Source: an uncultured Spirochaetota bacterium (GTDB taxonomy: Bacteria > Spirochaetota > Spirochaetia > SZUA-6 > Fen-1364). Taken from it: a DNA stretch of 64,000 nucleotides. The stretch covers positions 1-64,000 of the forward strand of contig CAVUXE010000058.1 of the NCBI GenBank assembly GCA_963745235.1. Reading direction: 5' to 3'. Under the pieces are notes generated by a model. That model saw only the letters and a program-made list of their open reading frames with translations, was not told the DNA's origin and did not search any database. A program made the translations under genes and the position numbers. Shown here in pieces: positions 10,601-20,210 of this stretch (within the stretch, counting starts at the first letter, position 1; the number at the start of each line of letters is the position of its first letter).

Positions 10601-13336
10601 ATGTCGGGTCTCACGGTGAACTCTTTCTCTGTTGTCTCCTCCTGCTCCCAGTGCGTGTCAACCATGCCGCCCACCGCCCTTTCACGGACAAGCTTCCAGT
10701 CCTCCCGAATGAGCTTGCCCTGCGCCTCACCTGAGCGATACGGCTTTCCGTCAGGGTCCACGGAAACGACCTTGAGAGTGAACGGCACGTCCTTCTGGAC
10801 GAAATACAGGGAGTCATCCGCCTTCGGGTTGGACGATATCAGTGCGCCCAGGAGCTGCTCAGATGAGAACACGAGGCGCGAGTCCTGCCTGGAGATTGCC
10901 TGCCGGTCGACATCCTCCACGGTTGCCGCAAGCTCGTAGTCGTACACGCGGCCCTTGTCACCGTCAGCCAGGGCCTGGGTCGCCGTGACTGTCCCGTCGC
11001 CGGAAAGGCTTCCGGCCTGCGAGCCGAGGTCTTCGGGGTAGGAACGCGTGACCGCCCCAAAGCTGTAGGGAGCCAGGGCGTCGCCGGGCGGCTGATACCA
11101 CTGCTCCCGCCGGGTCCAGAACCAGCTCCATTTTCCCTGGGAGACATTTCCCCCCGCCAGGTACTTGCCGACAAAGCTGCCGCTCAGGGAATCACCCATG
11201 AACTTCCTGGCGTCCGGCAGGGAGAGATCAACGGAGAACGTGACCCTGCGGAAGTTGGCGATCTTGATCCACGCCTGGCCGGTTGCGTGGTCCTTGCCTC
11301 CGCTGGTCCGATTGAAAGAAAGAGACCAGTCCCCCGGCTCGATATCCTTCGGGAGGGTGATCTGGCCGGCGAAGCTGCCGGACGGCGAAGTGGTGCCGGT
11401 GAGGGAAGCGACGGGCTGGGCGTCCTCCGAGTCCGTCTTCAGGTCGACGCGGTATTTCCCGGCAGCCGCGGCGAGCTTTCCGACAACGAGGTCCTGGTCT
11501 ATCCCGGCAAAGGAGACAGTCTCTCCGGGCCGGTAGATCCCCCGGTCAGACCACATGTAGGTGAGAGGGCGCGGCACCTCCGCCGAATACGGCTCCGAGG
11601 AGTTCCATGTCAGGCAGGGCATCTGGGATGGGCTCACGACGAGCCTGTCGTTTCCCTTGGTTATCTCTACCTGGGCGTCCTCTTCGTGCCCCCGGAATGC
11701 GTTCATCAGCGCTCCGGGAGGAACGACAAGCGCGGCCAGGCCGGAGGCATCCGTGGTGCCGGACGCGACACGCTGGCCACCCTTCCGCAGCGTCACCGTT
11801 GCGTCTCCCAAGGGCGCCCCCGTCGAAAGCGAGCCGGCAAGCACCACCAGAGAGTTGTATGCCACGTGCACGGAGGCCCCGATGTCCGTAACCTGGACCA
11901 CCAGGTCGTCCGTGACCACCTGCGGGGTGTCGCTTTCCTCGAAGTTTCCCGTGAAAGCCCAGGACAGCCAGGCCGTTCCCTTGTGCTCGCTATTGAGATA
12001 CGGGGACAGGTCGAAGAGCTCGAAATGACGCGTGTTCTTGGGGACCCGGCGCACGTCAATCCTCTTGCTCGGGTTGCCGGGCTTCTGCAGGAACGGCTCT
12101 TTCAACGGGCCCATTCCGAACTTCCCCGAGATCACGTTCTGGAACTCCACGGCGACCCGCGGAGGAAACTGGGACTCCAGGAGCTTCTGGCCGTTGGCGT
12201 GGAACACCACGAAGCTGGCCGCGGGCCCGACCTGGAGACTGACCGGCTCGTCCTGTCCCAGGGTCTGCCCGTAGACGTCCGTGAGCCCGCGGAGGACCTT
12301 CATGTCAAACTTCGATTCGAAGGGGACCGGGAGCTGGTTCAGGTACACCCAGGATCCCGAGACCTCCACGTGGCTTTCCAGCGAATAGTCCTTCAGCGGG
12401 ACGTCGAGATTCGGGATGACGGTCTCTTCCGTGAGAGCGTGGTTGAAGCGCAGCACCGCGCTTGGCGATGCCTCTCCCATGGCGACCTCGCTTGTTTCCA
12501 GCTCGAGCGGCCTGAGCGTGTGGAACGACGCCGTGATGTCCTCCGAAGTCCCATAGTTCTCAGGTCGCGGCTTTGCGCCCTTTCGGACAACCACCTTTAT
12601 GTCCGCATCCCTGGGCAGTGGCGCGATGGGCTTCAGGGAAACCAGGCGGGCAGCGTTCTCGTACGGCCCGAGCTCGCTCTTGTCCTTGATCACTGTTCGG
12701 GCGGCGCTGAAGCGCACCGCGTTGCCATCCGCCTCCAGGCGAATGAACGGAACGATGGTCGAGAGATCGACCGGAAAGTTGAACGTGACCACGATCTCTT
12801 TGCTCGCCTCAGGGATGACATCGTTTCCCCGCGGGCTCATGTTCACTATCCCCAGGGGCTCGGTGCGGAAGGTGAACTCCGTGTCTCCTGTGACCGCTTC
12901 TCCTTCCAGCGAGCGCAGGGATTTGTTCACGCTGACCTTGTATTCCGTTGCGGGGGCCAGCTGCCCCTTGGGCTCGAAGGACAAGAGCCGCGAGCCGTAC
13001 CAGCGGAAGACACCGTCCACGCCGGGGGAGATGGAGAGCACGTTCGACGCGGTTACGGGTTTGGCAAGCTTCGTCAGGGGCACCACCGGTTTGTTGAAAA
13101 GGACCCAGACGCCGCCCTCCAGGTTCTCGTGGGGAACGGTGCCGCTGGGCCCCGTCTCCGCGACCTGGAACGGCAGGCCTTTGTCCTGGCCGGACTGCTG
13201 GTCGCTGTTGCCCGGCGTGTACAGGGCCGGGAAGCGCGATCACGCGCTGCGGGACAGGCGCCCGTGAAACGCTGCATGCCGCGACGAAGCCTGCTGTAAG
13301 CGCCAATCCGAGCAAGAGCCGGCACAACCTCTTCAT
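7688..13336 (-). CDS. Bacterial alpha-2-macroglobulin family lipoprotein, with several frameshifts (~13240, ~8430, ~8280, ~8070, ~7900)
   Basis: Signal peptide ending VAAC. SDRGIYRPGE, VRKNF, LPDSLTRFR, thioester motif PFDCLEQ, and C-terminal PGVFPTPPVQAELMYQPEVFGR. Confidence 0.85.
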
Positions 13337-13420
13337 GAAGGCCTCCTGGGAGAAGGCGATTGTACCTCGACACGAGCCCGGGGTTCAATGAAAACAATCC
13401 TGGTTGCGATAATCGCAGGC

Positions 13421-13460
13421 AGCCGTGCCTGTACCAGCCGTGCCTGTACCAGCCGTGCCT
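13421..13460. repeat. 15-bp tandem repeat AGCCGTGCCTGTACC (2.7 copies)
   Basis: Read directly. Followed by short (T/C)GC(A/G)GCGAC-like units up to about 13487. Confidence 0.9.
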
Positions 13461-13495
13461 ACTGCAGCGACCGCGGCGACTGCGGCGCCTACGGA

Positions 13496-13524
13496 TTGAC
13501 AAAACGGCCCACTTTGATCATATT
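13496..13524 (+). promoter_or_regulatory. sigma70 promoter of the tRNA-His/Arg/Lys operon
   Basis: TTGACA-17 bp-CATATT, 12 nt before tRNA-His. Confidence 0.7.
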
Positions 13525-13535
13525 TGCCACCGCAT

Positions 13536-13609
13536 GGTGGGTGTAGTTCAATTGGCAGAGCACCAGACTGTGGATCTGGAAGTTGTGGGTTCGAGACCCA
13601 TCACCCACC
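13536..13609 (+). tRNA. tRNA-His(GTG)
   Basis: Cloverleaf with G-1, acceptor GTGGGTG/CACCCAC, anticodon arm CCAGA-CTGTGGA-TCTGG, GGTTCGA T-loop. No encoded CCA. Confidence 0.95.
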
Positions 13610-13701
13610 CGTAGCACGCCCGGAGGGCGTGCAGAGGTCGGCGCTCTGCGCTGACCGTAGCGCGAAGAAACAGCTACGGTCGGCAACTGCACACCGTGCG
13701 T

Positions 13702-13775
13702 GCGTTCGTAGCTCAGTTGGATAGAGCGCCGGGCTTCGAACCCGTAGGTCGCAGGTTCGAGTCCTGCCGGACGCG
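13702..13775 (+). tRNA. tRNA-Arg(TCG)
   Basis: Acceptor GCGTTCG/CGGACGC, anticodon loop CTTCGAA, GGTTCGAGTCC T-arm. Confidence 0.93.
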
Positions 13776-13788
13776 CTTCTGGAATCGA

Positions 13789-13861
13789 GGGCCGCTAGCT
13801 CAGTTGGTAGAGCAGAAGACTCTTAATCTTCGGGTCGCAGGTTCGAGTCCTGCGCGGCTCA
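13789..13861 (+). tRNA. tRNA-Lys(CTT)
   Basis: Acceptor GGGCCGC/GCGGCTC, anticodon arm GAAGA-CTCTTAA-TCTTC. Confidence 0.95.
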
Positions 13862-14046
13862 AAAGTTTCTTCAGAGCAAAGATTTAGAAGTAGCCCGTCC
13901 CCAAAGATGCGGGACCAAAAGCAAATCGCTCTTCTGGGGATTTCGGTCAAGCCGCAACTGCATTGTGAACAATCATGCGCTCTGGGTGAAATACTGCCTG
14001 GTATTCCTCGGAGGTCTTTGGGCAAACCCACTTGGAGGCGCGTCAT

Positions 14047-14874
14047 CTATCCCGCCCGTCTGATCCACTCTTCCACACGATCCAGCCACTCGCTCGTCAA
14101 CGCTCGAAAGAGTCCCTCTTGTTCGGTGCAGAGTGCGTGCCCGCTGCGGTCGAGGACGGCAAAAGTTCCTCTTGGAAAGTTCTCCAAGAGCGAGAGGGCA
14201 TTCCGATAGCCAACCAAGGAGTCTTGCCGACCCGTCAGGGTCAGCGTTGGGCCAGGGAACGGGGACTCCAGGCGGTCGACCTCGAAGGAAAAGGCCAGGT
14301 GCTCGTTCAGTCGCTTCAAGAACGTTTGGTCGGCCAGGGGCAGCGCTGGTTGGATGACGGTGCGGAACGACTCCACTTGCGCTGGGCTTTGAACCACGAA
14401 CAGATCACGCAGGGGGCCTTCATCGGGTCGAATCATTTCCAAGAACTGACGGTCTTCGACCAAAACCTGTCGGGGCGGAATTATTTTCTTTGACTCCTCC
14501 ATTTCCACCATCGGCATCATGAGCAGGACTCCGTCGACCAGACTTGCCATTTCGTGCACGAGGCCTCGCACGAGGTAGCCGCCGTAGGAAGTCCCAGCGA
14601 GTACGAAACGGCGGTTGGGGGCAAGCTCGCGGACAAAAGACTTGAGGATCTCCAGGACGTCGTCGTCGTTTTTGATCCATTCTGCACTCGAAGTTTTTCC
14701 CATTCCTGGAAGGTCGGGATAGATTCGCCGCCAACCCGAGCGAGCCGCGAAAAGCGGTTCCATGTCGGCCTGAATGTGACGGTGGTCGATTCCAAGGCCG
14801 TGAAGAAGGAAGAGCGGGATTCCTTCGCCAATCTCTTCGTAGTGGATGGGTAGGGACTTGATCGTCACTTCCAC
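14047..14874 (-). CDS. Alpha/beta fold hydrolase
   Basis: LLHGLG, YPDLPGMG, nucleophile elbow GTSYGG, D...SGH. GTG start after AAGGAG RBS. Confidence 0.85.
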   Translation of the reverse strand: MEVTIKSLPIHYEEIGEGIPLFLLHGLGIDHRHIQADMEPLFAARSGWRRIYPDLPGMGKTSSAEWIKNDDDVLEILKSFVRELAPNRRFVLAGTSYGGYLVRGLVHEMASLVDGVLLMMPMVEMEESKKIIPPRQVLVEDRQFLEMIRPDEGPLRDLFVVQSPAQVESFRTVIQPALPLADQTFLKRLNEHLAFSFEVDRLESPFPGPTLTLTGRQDSLVGYRNALSLLENFPRGTFAVLDRSGHALCTEQEGLFRALTSEWLDRVEEWIRRAG

Positions 14875-15031
14875 GGCAGACTCCTTCTGTGAAACAGCCC
14901 CGCCCAGCGCGTTGGCATAAGATACTGTGCAGACGACGCGGGCGACAAACACGCGCTCGGGCTTGTGTGAGATCTCTTGGCTCCACGAGCTTTGAATAGT
15001 AGACTCGACACGTCAAGCAGGAGGGCTTCCT

Positions 15032-16048
15032 ATGCAGCAGCTATGGATCACCAAAGCGGGTCCACCCAGTGTCCTGAAGGTGCGCGAGGCTCCTGATCCC
15101 ACCCCTGGACCAGCGGAGGTCCGAATCCGGGTAGAGGCAAGCGGCGTCAACTTCGCCGACCTGATGGCTCGCATGGGGCTGTATCCCGATGCCCCCAAGA
15201 TCCCGTGCGTTGTTGGCTACGAAGTCGCTGGAGTAGTTGACGCGATTGGTCAGGGTGTGACCGGGTTCTATCCAGGTGATGCTGTCTTGTCGATGACCAA
15301 CTTCGGAGGCTATTCGGACGTTGTCTGCGTTCCCGCTGTCCAGGTTTTCACCCGTCCGCTCAAAATGAGCGCTCAGGAGGGAGCGGCTTTTCTGGTAAGC
15401 TATCTCACGGCATACGGGCTGCTCGTTGTAATGGGCTCGCTTCGCAAAGGGGATCGCGTTCTGATCCAGAGTGCAGCGGGTGGCCTCGGCCTGGCCGCTC
15501 TGGACATCTGCCGAATCCATGGCGCTGAGACTCTTGGCCTTGCGTCTCCAGCCAAGCATGGTTTTCTGAAAGAGCGAGGGCTCGACTACGCTATGGACTC
15601 TCGCGCCTCTGATTGGGCCGAAGAGGTACGTCGGATCACCGAGGGGCAAGGAGTGGAGATTGTCCTGAACTCGCAAGGCGGTCAGTCTTTGCGTCAGAGC
15701 TACGAGCTCCTTGTCGCAACTGGGCGACTGCTCACATTCGGAGCCAGCAGCATTGCCCCCGGCAGCCGTCGATCAGTGGGCGCTCTTCTTTCGTTCATCA
15801 CTTCTACGCCTCGTTTTGCGCCCCTTCGCCTGATGAACGACAGCAAAGGAGTCCTCGGAATCCATATCGGACACTTCCGAGGCCAAGAACGAAAGGTGCG
15901 TGCTTGGACCGAGGAACTGCTGACCTGGTACAACGAAGGGAAGCTTCACCCCCATGTGGACCGCGCGTTTTCGTTCTCCGAGGCACCAGAAGCCCACCAA
16001 TATCTGCACGACCGCAAGGCAACTGGGAAGGTGATATTGGTCCCGTAA
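15032..16048 (+). CDS. Medium-chain dehydrogenase/reductase, VAT-1/quinone oxidoreductase-like
   Basis: ASGVNFADLMARMGLY, GYEVAG, AAGGLG and GKVIL motifs. AGGAGG RBS. Confidence 0.88.
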   Translation: MQQLWITKAGPPSVLKVREAPDPTPGPAEVRIRVEASGVNFADLMARMGLYPDAPKIPCVVGYEVAGVVDAIGQGVTGFYPGDAVLSMTNFGGYSDVVCVPAVQVFTRPLKMSAQEGAAFLVSYLTAYGLLVVMGSLRKGDRVLIQSAAGGLGLAALDICRIHGAETLGLASPAKHGFLKERGLDYAMDSRASDWAEEVRRITEGQGVEIVLNSQGGQSLRQSYELLVATGRLLTFGASSIAPGSRRSVGALLSFITSTPRFAPLRLMNDSKGVLGIHIGHFRGQERKVRAWTEELLTWYNEGKLHPHVDRAFSFSEAPEAHQYLHDRKATGKVILVP

Positions 16049-16089
16049 CGGAGTGCGTCGAGGAGGCGCGCCGAGTAGACCAACGCCGT

Positions 16090-16220
16090 CCCTGCATTGA
16101 CGGCAACGGCCACTCTACGAGTCGAAGCGCAACGGATACGCCCTCAGGGAACAGCCGCCGGCCCGGTCCGAGTATAAGGGGATAGATCGACAGCAAGTAC
16201 TCGTCGACAAGGTTGAGACG
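16090..16220 (-). pseudogene. C-terminal remnant of a RibD_C/dihydrofolate-reductase-like gene
   Basis: LNLVDEYLLSIYPLILGPGRRLFPEG matches the RibD_C signature, with no N-terminus or start. Boundaries approximate. Confidence 0.65.
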
Positions 16221-16299
16221 CTCTGCGGAGGGGTTGTCCGTCCGTCCGTCCGTTTGGGCCAAACAGCGAAGAAATCCTCGTAGGTTCGCCGAGCATAAC

Positions 16300-16495
16300 C
16301 GAATCGCCGTAGGGCATGCCCCGCCCGCCTTGAACAACGAAAACCGCGCTCTCGTGCTCGTGGCCGAGATGGTGGATGCGGCGGAGTGGGGCCACCCCAG
16401 GGGAGGGGACGTGTGGGGAACGGGCAACGGGCTTTCCCGCCAACAGCGTGACGGAGCTGCTCTGGCACTTCGTACACGCATTCCTCTCTTGCATG
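16300..16495 (-). pseudogene. Possible degraded cupin-domain gene
   Basis: Fragments in different frames: GGPTPPH and HHLGHEHESAVFVVQGGRG, resembling cupin motif 1. Confidence 0.35.
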
Positions 16496-16528
16496 CTCAT
16501 GAGCTCAATTCGTATCATCTAGCAGCAT

Positions 16529-17317
16529 ATGCTCGATCATCGCGACCTCAGGGAGCCCTCGCTGTTCACCCCCGGAAACCTGCTGCGGGAAGCCAGGCGA
16601 CAGAAGTCGATGGTCAAGCGGCGGATCCCGCCGGTTTGCATGCTCGACCCTGACGGGGACATTGTCAGATACCTCGTCCGCAAAGGCCGGGCGACCCCCA
16701 ATCAGGACTGGGCCTGCTACCACACCATGATGTTCGAGTGCAGGCTCGCCGACACCCGGGTCGGGATCGTGGGCAACGCAGTGGGGTCCCCGTTCGCCGT
16801 GCTCGTGGCGGAGGAAATGTTCGCATCAGGGTGCGCGCTGCTCGTGAGCGTGACATCCGCGGGACGGGTAAGCGAGCATACGGATCTTCCGCGCTTTCTT
16901 CTGATTGCCAAAGCGCTGCGTGACGAAGGGACGAGCGACCGTTATGTGCGGCGCAACAGTTCGAGCCGTCTCGATGCCGTGTTGCTCAAAGCGCTCCGCC
17001 CTGCCTTGAAACGCTCTCCGCCCTCTCTTGAGGTCGGAACGTCATGGACCACGGACGCTCCGTTTCGAGAGACGGCGACCGCCATCCGCCGTGCCCGGAA
17101 GCTGGGCGCGGACTGCGTGGAAATGGAAGCCGCCGCTCTGTACGCTTTTGCCAGGGCTCGGAAGAAAAGGGTCGTGTGCCTTGCTCATGTCACCAACTCA
17201 ATGGCGCTGTCGAAAGGGGACTTCGAGAAGGGCGAAGAGGAGGGGAGTGTGGACTCCCTCACGGTCGTCGAGCTCATTCTTCGAGCTTTGCGGCACAATC
17301 GGCCCCCTGTTGATTGA
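16529..17317 (+). CDS. Nucleoside phosphorylase family protein (PNP_UDP_1)
   Basis: ALRDEGTS, WTTDAPFRET and VEMEAAALY motifs. Confidence 0.85.
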   Translation: MLDHRDLREPSLFTPGNLLREARRQKSMVKRRIPPVCMLDPDGDIVRYLVRKGRATPNQDWACYHTMMFECRLADTRVGIVGNAVGSPFAVLVAEEMFASGCALLVSVTSAGRVSEHTDLPRFLLIAKALRDEGTSDRYVRRNSSSRLDAVLLKALRPALKRSPPSLEVGTSWTTDAPFRETATAIRRARKLGADCVEMEAAALYAFARARKKRVVCLAHVTNSMALSKGDFEKGEEEGSVDSLTVVELILRALRHNRPPVD

Positions 17318-17350
17318 TCCGTGATGGCTGCTTGCAATGCTTTTTTTGGT

Positions 17351-17379
17351 TTGATATATTCCACTGTCGTTGCTACTAT
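17351..17379 (+). promoter_or_regulatory. sigma70 promoter of tRNA-Leu/Gly
   Basis: TTGATA-17 bp-TACTAT with TGn extension and an upstream T-tract. Confidence 0.6.
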
Positions 17380-17383
17380 CCAG

Positions 17384-17467
17384 GCGAGAGTGGTGGAATT
17401 TGGCAGACACGCCAGACTTAGGATCTGGTGCCCAAAAGGCTTGAGGGTTCAAATCCCTTCTCTCGCA
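17384..17467 (+). tRNA. tRNA-Leu(TAG)
   Basis: Acceptor GCGAGAG/CTCTCGC, anticodon arm CCAGA-CTTAGGA-TCTGG, long variable arm. Confidence 0.95.
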
Positions 17468-17481
17468 GTGGTGTAGGACAC

Positions 17482-17554
17482 GCGGGAATAGCTCAGTTGG
17501 TAGAGCTCCACCTTGCCAAGGTGGATGTCGCGGGTTCAAGTCCCGTTTCCCGCT
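17482..17554 (+). tRNA. tRNA-Gly(GCC)
   Basis: Acceptor GCGGGAA/TTCCCGC, anticodon arm CCACC-TTGCCAA-GGTGG. Confidence 0.95.
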
Positions 17555-17741
17555 CAAGTCTTTTGGTCGTAAGCAATTAGATTGCGCTGCAGCCGAACAT
17601 GACGTTCGGCGACCAGTGTGGTAGTCTGAGCCCTCCGTTTTCTAACTTCTTTCGCCATAAACAATTGAACAGACTCTTAGAGCTTCCTTTTCACAAGGTG
17701 GAGCTCTCCCGCGAACACTGCACTCCAGGTCTTTCACTGCT

Positions 17742-17864
17742 TCAGACCAGAAACACCCGCCCCGCATCGTCGAAGCCCGGCGCTGTCCTGCAGTTGGGGC
17801 AGCGGTGGCGTCCTGCCGCAACGATCTTCAATGGCCGCTGGCACATCGGACACTTGGTCTCCAT
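17742..17864 (-). CDS. 40-aa zinc-ribbon microprotein (below the ORF-track cutoff)
   Basis: METKCPMCQRPLKIVAAGRHRCPNCRTAPGFDDAGRVFLV*, with AAAGGA upstream. May instead be the tail of a decayed gene. Confidence 0.5.
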   Translation of the reverse strand: METKCPMCQRPLKIVAAGRHRCPNCRTAPGFDDAGRVFLV

Positions 17865-17967
17865 GGGATAAACGTCCTTTCGGCTGCATGTTCGGCCTCG
17901 CCGTAAAGGTGATCAACAGGATTAGCGCAGCCACGATGAGGATCTTATCAAGAGTTCGGGGACAAGA

Positions 17968-18744
17968 TCATACACTGTGGCTTCCAACGATCCTCGGCAG
18001 GACTTCCTCGGCTTTCCCGAGGATGGTTCGGTCGAAGCTGTCTTCCGACCCTATCAAGGGTTCAAGGTTGATGTAGACAGTCTCTGCTCCAGTGTACCGA
18101 GCCGAACGCATGTAGCCGTTCGCTGGGTACACGGTCCCTGAAGTACCGACGGAGATGAAGAGATCAACTTTCCGAAGGGCCATCTTCACTGCCCACTCAG
18201 CGTCGAGATCAGACCGCTCCCCGAAGAAGACGAGATCGGGTCGAAGCAGGGAGCCGCATTTCGGGCAGACGGGCTTCTTCTCAGCATAGCATTCGGTGTC
18301 GTCGAAGGGCTGGAGATCGCACTCGTAGTTTGAGCACCGTGTCCTGAGAACGCTCCCGTGCAGTTCGACCATGCGGCGGCTTCCCGCCTTCTGGTGAAGA
18401 CCGTCAACGTTCTGCGTGATGAGGAGGAACTCCTGGTCCGTCCGAAGGCTCTTTTCCAGGCGGACCAACGCATGGTGGGCGGCGTTCGGCTCCGCCTTGA
18501 GCGAGGCGGACCGTAGGAGGGCAAAGAACCGCCAAGCCCCCTCGGGGTCATCGTCAAGCCCCTCTCTATGCGCGAACCGCTCGACCTTGGGATCGTTCCA
18601 TAGTCCGTCAGGCCCTCGGAACGGGTTGATGCCTGAGGCGACAGAGACTCCTGCGCCCGTCAGGATAACGATGTTGCGGTAGTGGGCGAAGTTGAGTGCC
18701 TCAGCTTCGTCGAGTCGTTCGACCTCTGTTGTTTCATCGTTCAT
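17968..18744 (-). CDS. cobB: NAD-dependent protein deacylase, Sir2/CobB family
   Basis: LTGAGVSVASGI, TQNVDGLH, ELHGS, Zn-binding Cys, LRPDLVFFGE and GTSGTVYPA motifs. GGAGG RBS. Confidence 0.88.
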   Translation of the reverse strand: MNDETTEVERLDEAEALNFAHYRNIVILTGAGVSVASGINPFRGPDGLWNDPKVERFAHREGLDDDPEGAWRFFALLRSASLKAEPNAAHHALVRLEKSLRTDQEFLLITQNVDGLHQKAGSRRMVELHGSVLRTRCSNYECDLQPFDDTECYAEKKPVCPKCGSLLRPDLVFFGERSDLDAEWAVKMALRKVDLFISVGTSGTVYPANGYMRSARYTGAETVYINLEPLIGSEDSFDRTILGKAEEVLPRIVGSHSV

Positions 18745-19264
18745 ACAGCGCCCTCCTGGTCCGTTCGCGTCAGTAGATGCAACAGGTGAAGTGGAGGAAT
18801 TGGCCAATACGCATCATGTCGAAAACCTGTCGCAACCTGGATCGAGATTTGTTGAGCGTATAGGCGACGTGGTCGGCAAGCAAGTCCTCCGCGATCACGC
18901 CGACATCAAAGGACCTTAGCAGAAAACCCTCGATAGGCCTCGGAAGGGCTGTGCATGTCGCTGGTGAAGAGGATTCTCACCGCTGACAACCCCTGCCTCG
19001 GTTGCGAAGAGTACGGCCAAACCCTCGGGGAAGCGCATAGTGTTTCAGCGTGCTTTCAAGACAAACTGTGTCTTCAATTGCCAGATCCTGCATCCATGAT
19101 ATGCGGGCAAGGTGACAAGCTTGACGACGTTGGTTGGGGCAAGCCATGATATGTTGAAGCTCAGACAGTGAGTCTCTGCTTCCGCGGGGCGACCCTTCTT
19201 GTGGCGCTTCAAGTCGCAACCCGCAGAGTACGGCGTTCGGAAAGCGATCAAGCAGGAGGCTGCT

Positions 19265-19786
19265 ATTTCCTGGATCATGGTCGACATCGAAGCTGACGGC
19301 CCGATTCCTGGGGACTTCTCCATGATCGAGATCGGGGCGGTTGTGGTAGACATCGCCGCGAAGGACATGAGTCGCAGGTTCAGCGCGAACCTCCAACCGA
19401 TCTCCGAGAAGTTCCTTCCTGAAGCACTCGCGATCTCTGGTTACACTCGCGAGCAGACCATGACGTTCGAGCGCCCCGAGAAGGTGATGGCGGATTTTGC
19501 GGGATGGATAGCTCGCGAAGGCGGCAACGGTCCGAGATTCATCTCCGACAACAACGGCTTCGATTGGATGTTCACTTGCTGGTACTTGCACCATTTCCTG
19601 GGAAAAAACCCCTTCGGCCACTCATCCACGAATCTGGGGTCGTTCTACAAGGGGGTGGAGCGGAGCTTCGCGAAAAGCTTCAAGGGTTATCGCCAGACCA
19701 GGCACAACCACAAGGCCGTCGACGACGCCGTGGGGAATGCCGAGGCATTTCTCGCGATCATCAGCAGGTTTGGTGTGAAGACGTAG
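19265..19786 (+). CDS. DEDDh 3'-5' exonuclease family protein
   Basis: VDIEADGP, NGFDW and HKAVDDA motifs. Start is either ATT 19265 after AGGAGG or ATG 19277. Confidence 0.8.
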   Translation: MSWIMVDIEADGPIPGDFSMIEIGAVVVDIAAKDMSRRFSANLQPISEKFLPEALAISGYTREQTMTFERPEKVMADFAGWIAREGGNGPRFISDNNGFDWMFTCWYLHHFLGKNPFGHSSTNLGSFYKGVERSFAKSFKGYRQTRHNHKAVDDAVGNAEAFLAIISRFGVKT

Positions 19787-20154
19787 GTGGCCTCGATGCA
19801 ACCCGAGAAAGAAGCGGTACTCATGTCCTGGAGCGGCGGCAAAGACAGCGCTCTCGCCTTGTACGAGGTCCTGAAGAGCGGGGCTTACCACGTCGCGGCG
19901 GTGCTGACCACTGTGACCGAGGACTACGACCGCATCTCGATGCACGGCGTTCGCAGAGTGCTACTCGAGCGACAGGCGGAGTCGCTCGGGCTCCACCTGG
20001 AGAAGGTGTTGATCCCCAGCAAGGCCTCCAACGAGATTTATGAGCAGAGCTGGGAAAGCGTTCTTGCGAGGTACGGAGAGCAGGGCGTCAAGACGGTTGT
20101 CTTCGGAGACATCTTTCTGGAGGACCTCAGAAGGTATCGAGAGGAAAGGCTCGC
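19787..20154 (+). pseudogene. DUF71/diphthine-ammonia-ligase-like PP-loop ATPase, 5' half (interrupted by transposon)
   Basis: SWSGGKDS PP-loop, SMHGVR and VFGDIFLEDLR motifs. Ends at the element boundary. Confidence 0.85.
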
Positions 20155-20210
20155 TGTCCGCTGCCGCGCTCTGGTTTGAGAAAGTAGGGGAAATTGCCGA
20201 ATTGCTGTAG

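Noticed and set aside
11287-13299. Long antisense or alternative-frame ORFs (also 48961-50946, 38740-40218, 35162-36424)
   Set aside because: Shadow ORFs opposite well-supported genes, expected in high-GC DNA, with no recognisable motifs.
13421-13490. CRISPR array
   Set aside because: The repeats are head-to-tail with no unique spacers, and there are no cas genes in the window.
13610-13700. Hairpins between tRNA-His and tRNA-Arg as a separate ncRNA
   Set aside because: Two simple stems (GCACGCCC/GGGCGTGC and GACCGTAGC/GCTACGGTC) in a tRNA operon spacer, more likely processing structures.
18760-19250. Coding or structured RNA potential in the cobB-exonuclease intergenic region
   Set aside because: Only short ORFs without motifs or RBS, and no convincing structure by eye.
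17968-19786. Sir2 plus exonuclease as an anti-phage defence system
   Set aside because: The sirtuin is a classic Zn-binding CobB-type deacylase, not a SIR2_2 NADase. The two genes are divergent and have no defence partners.
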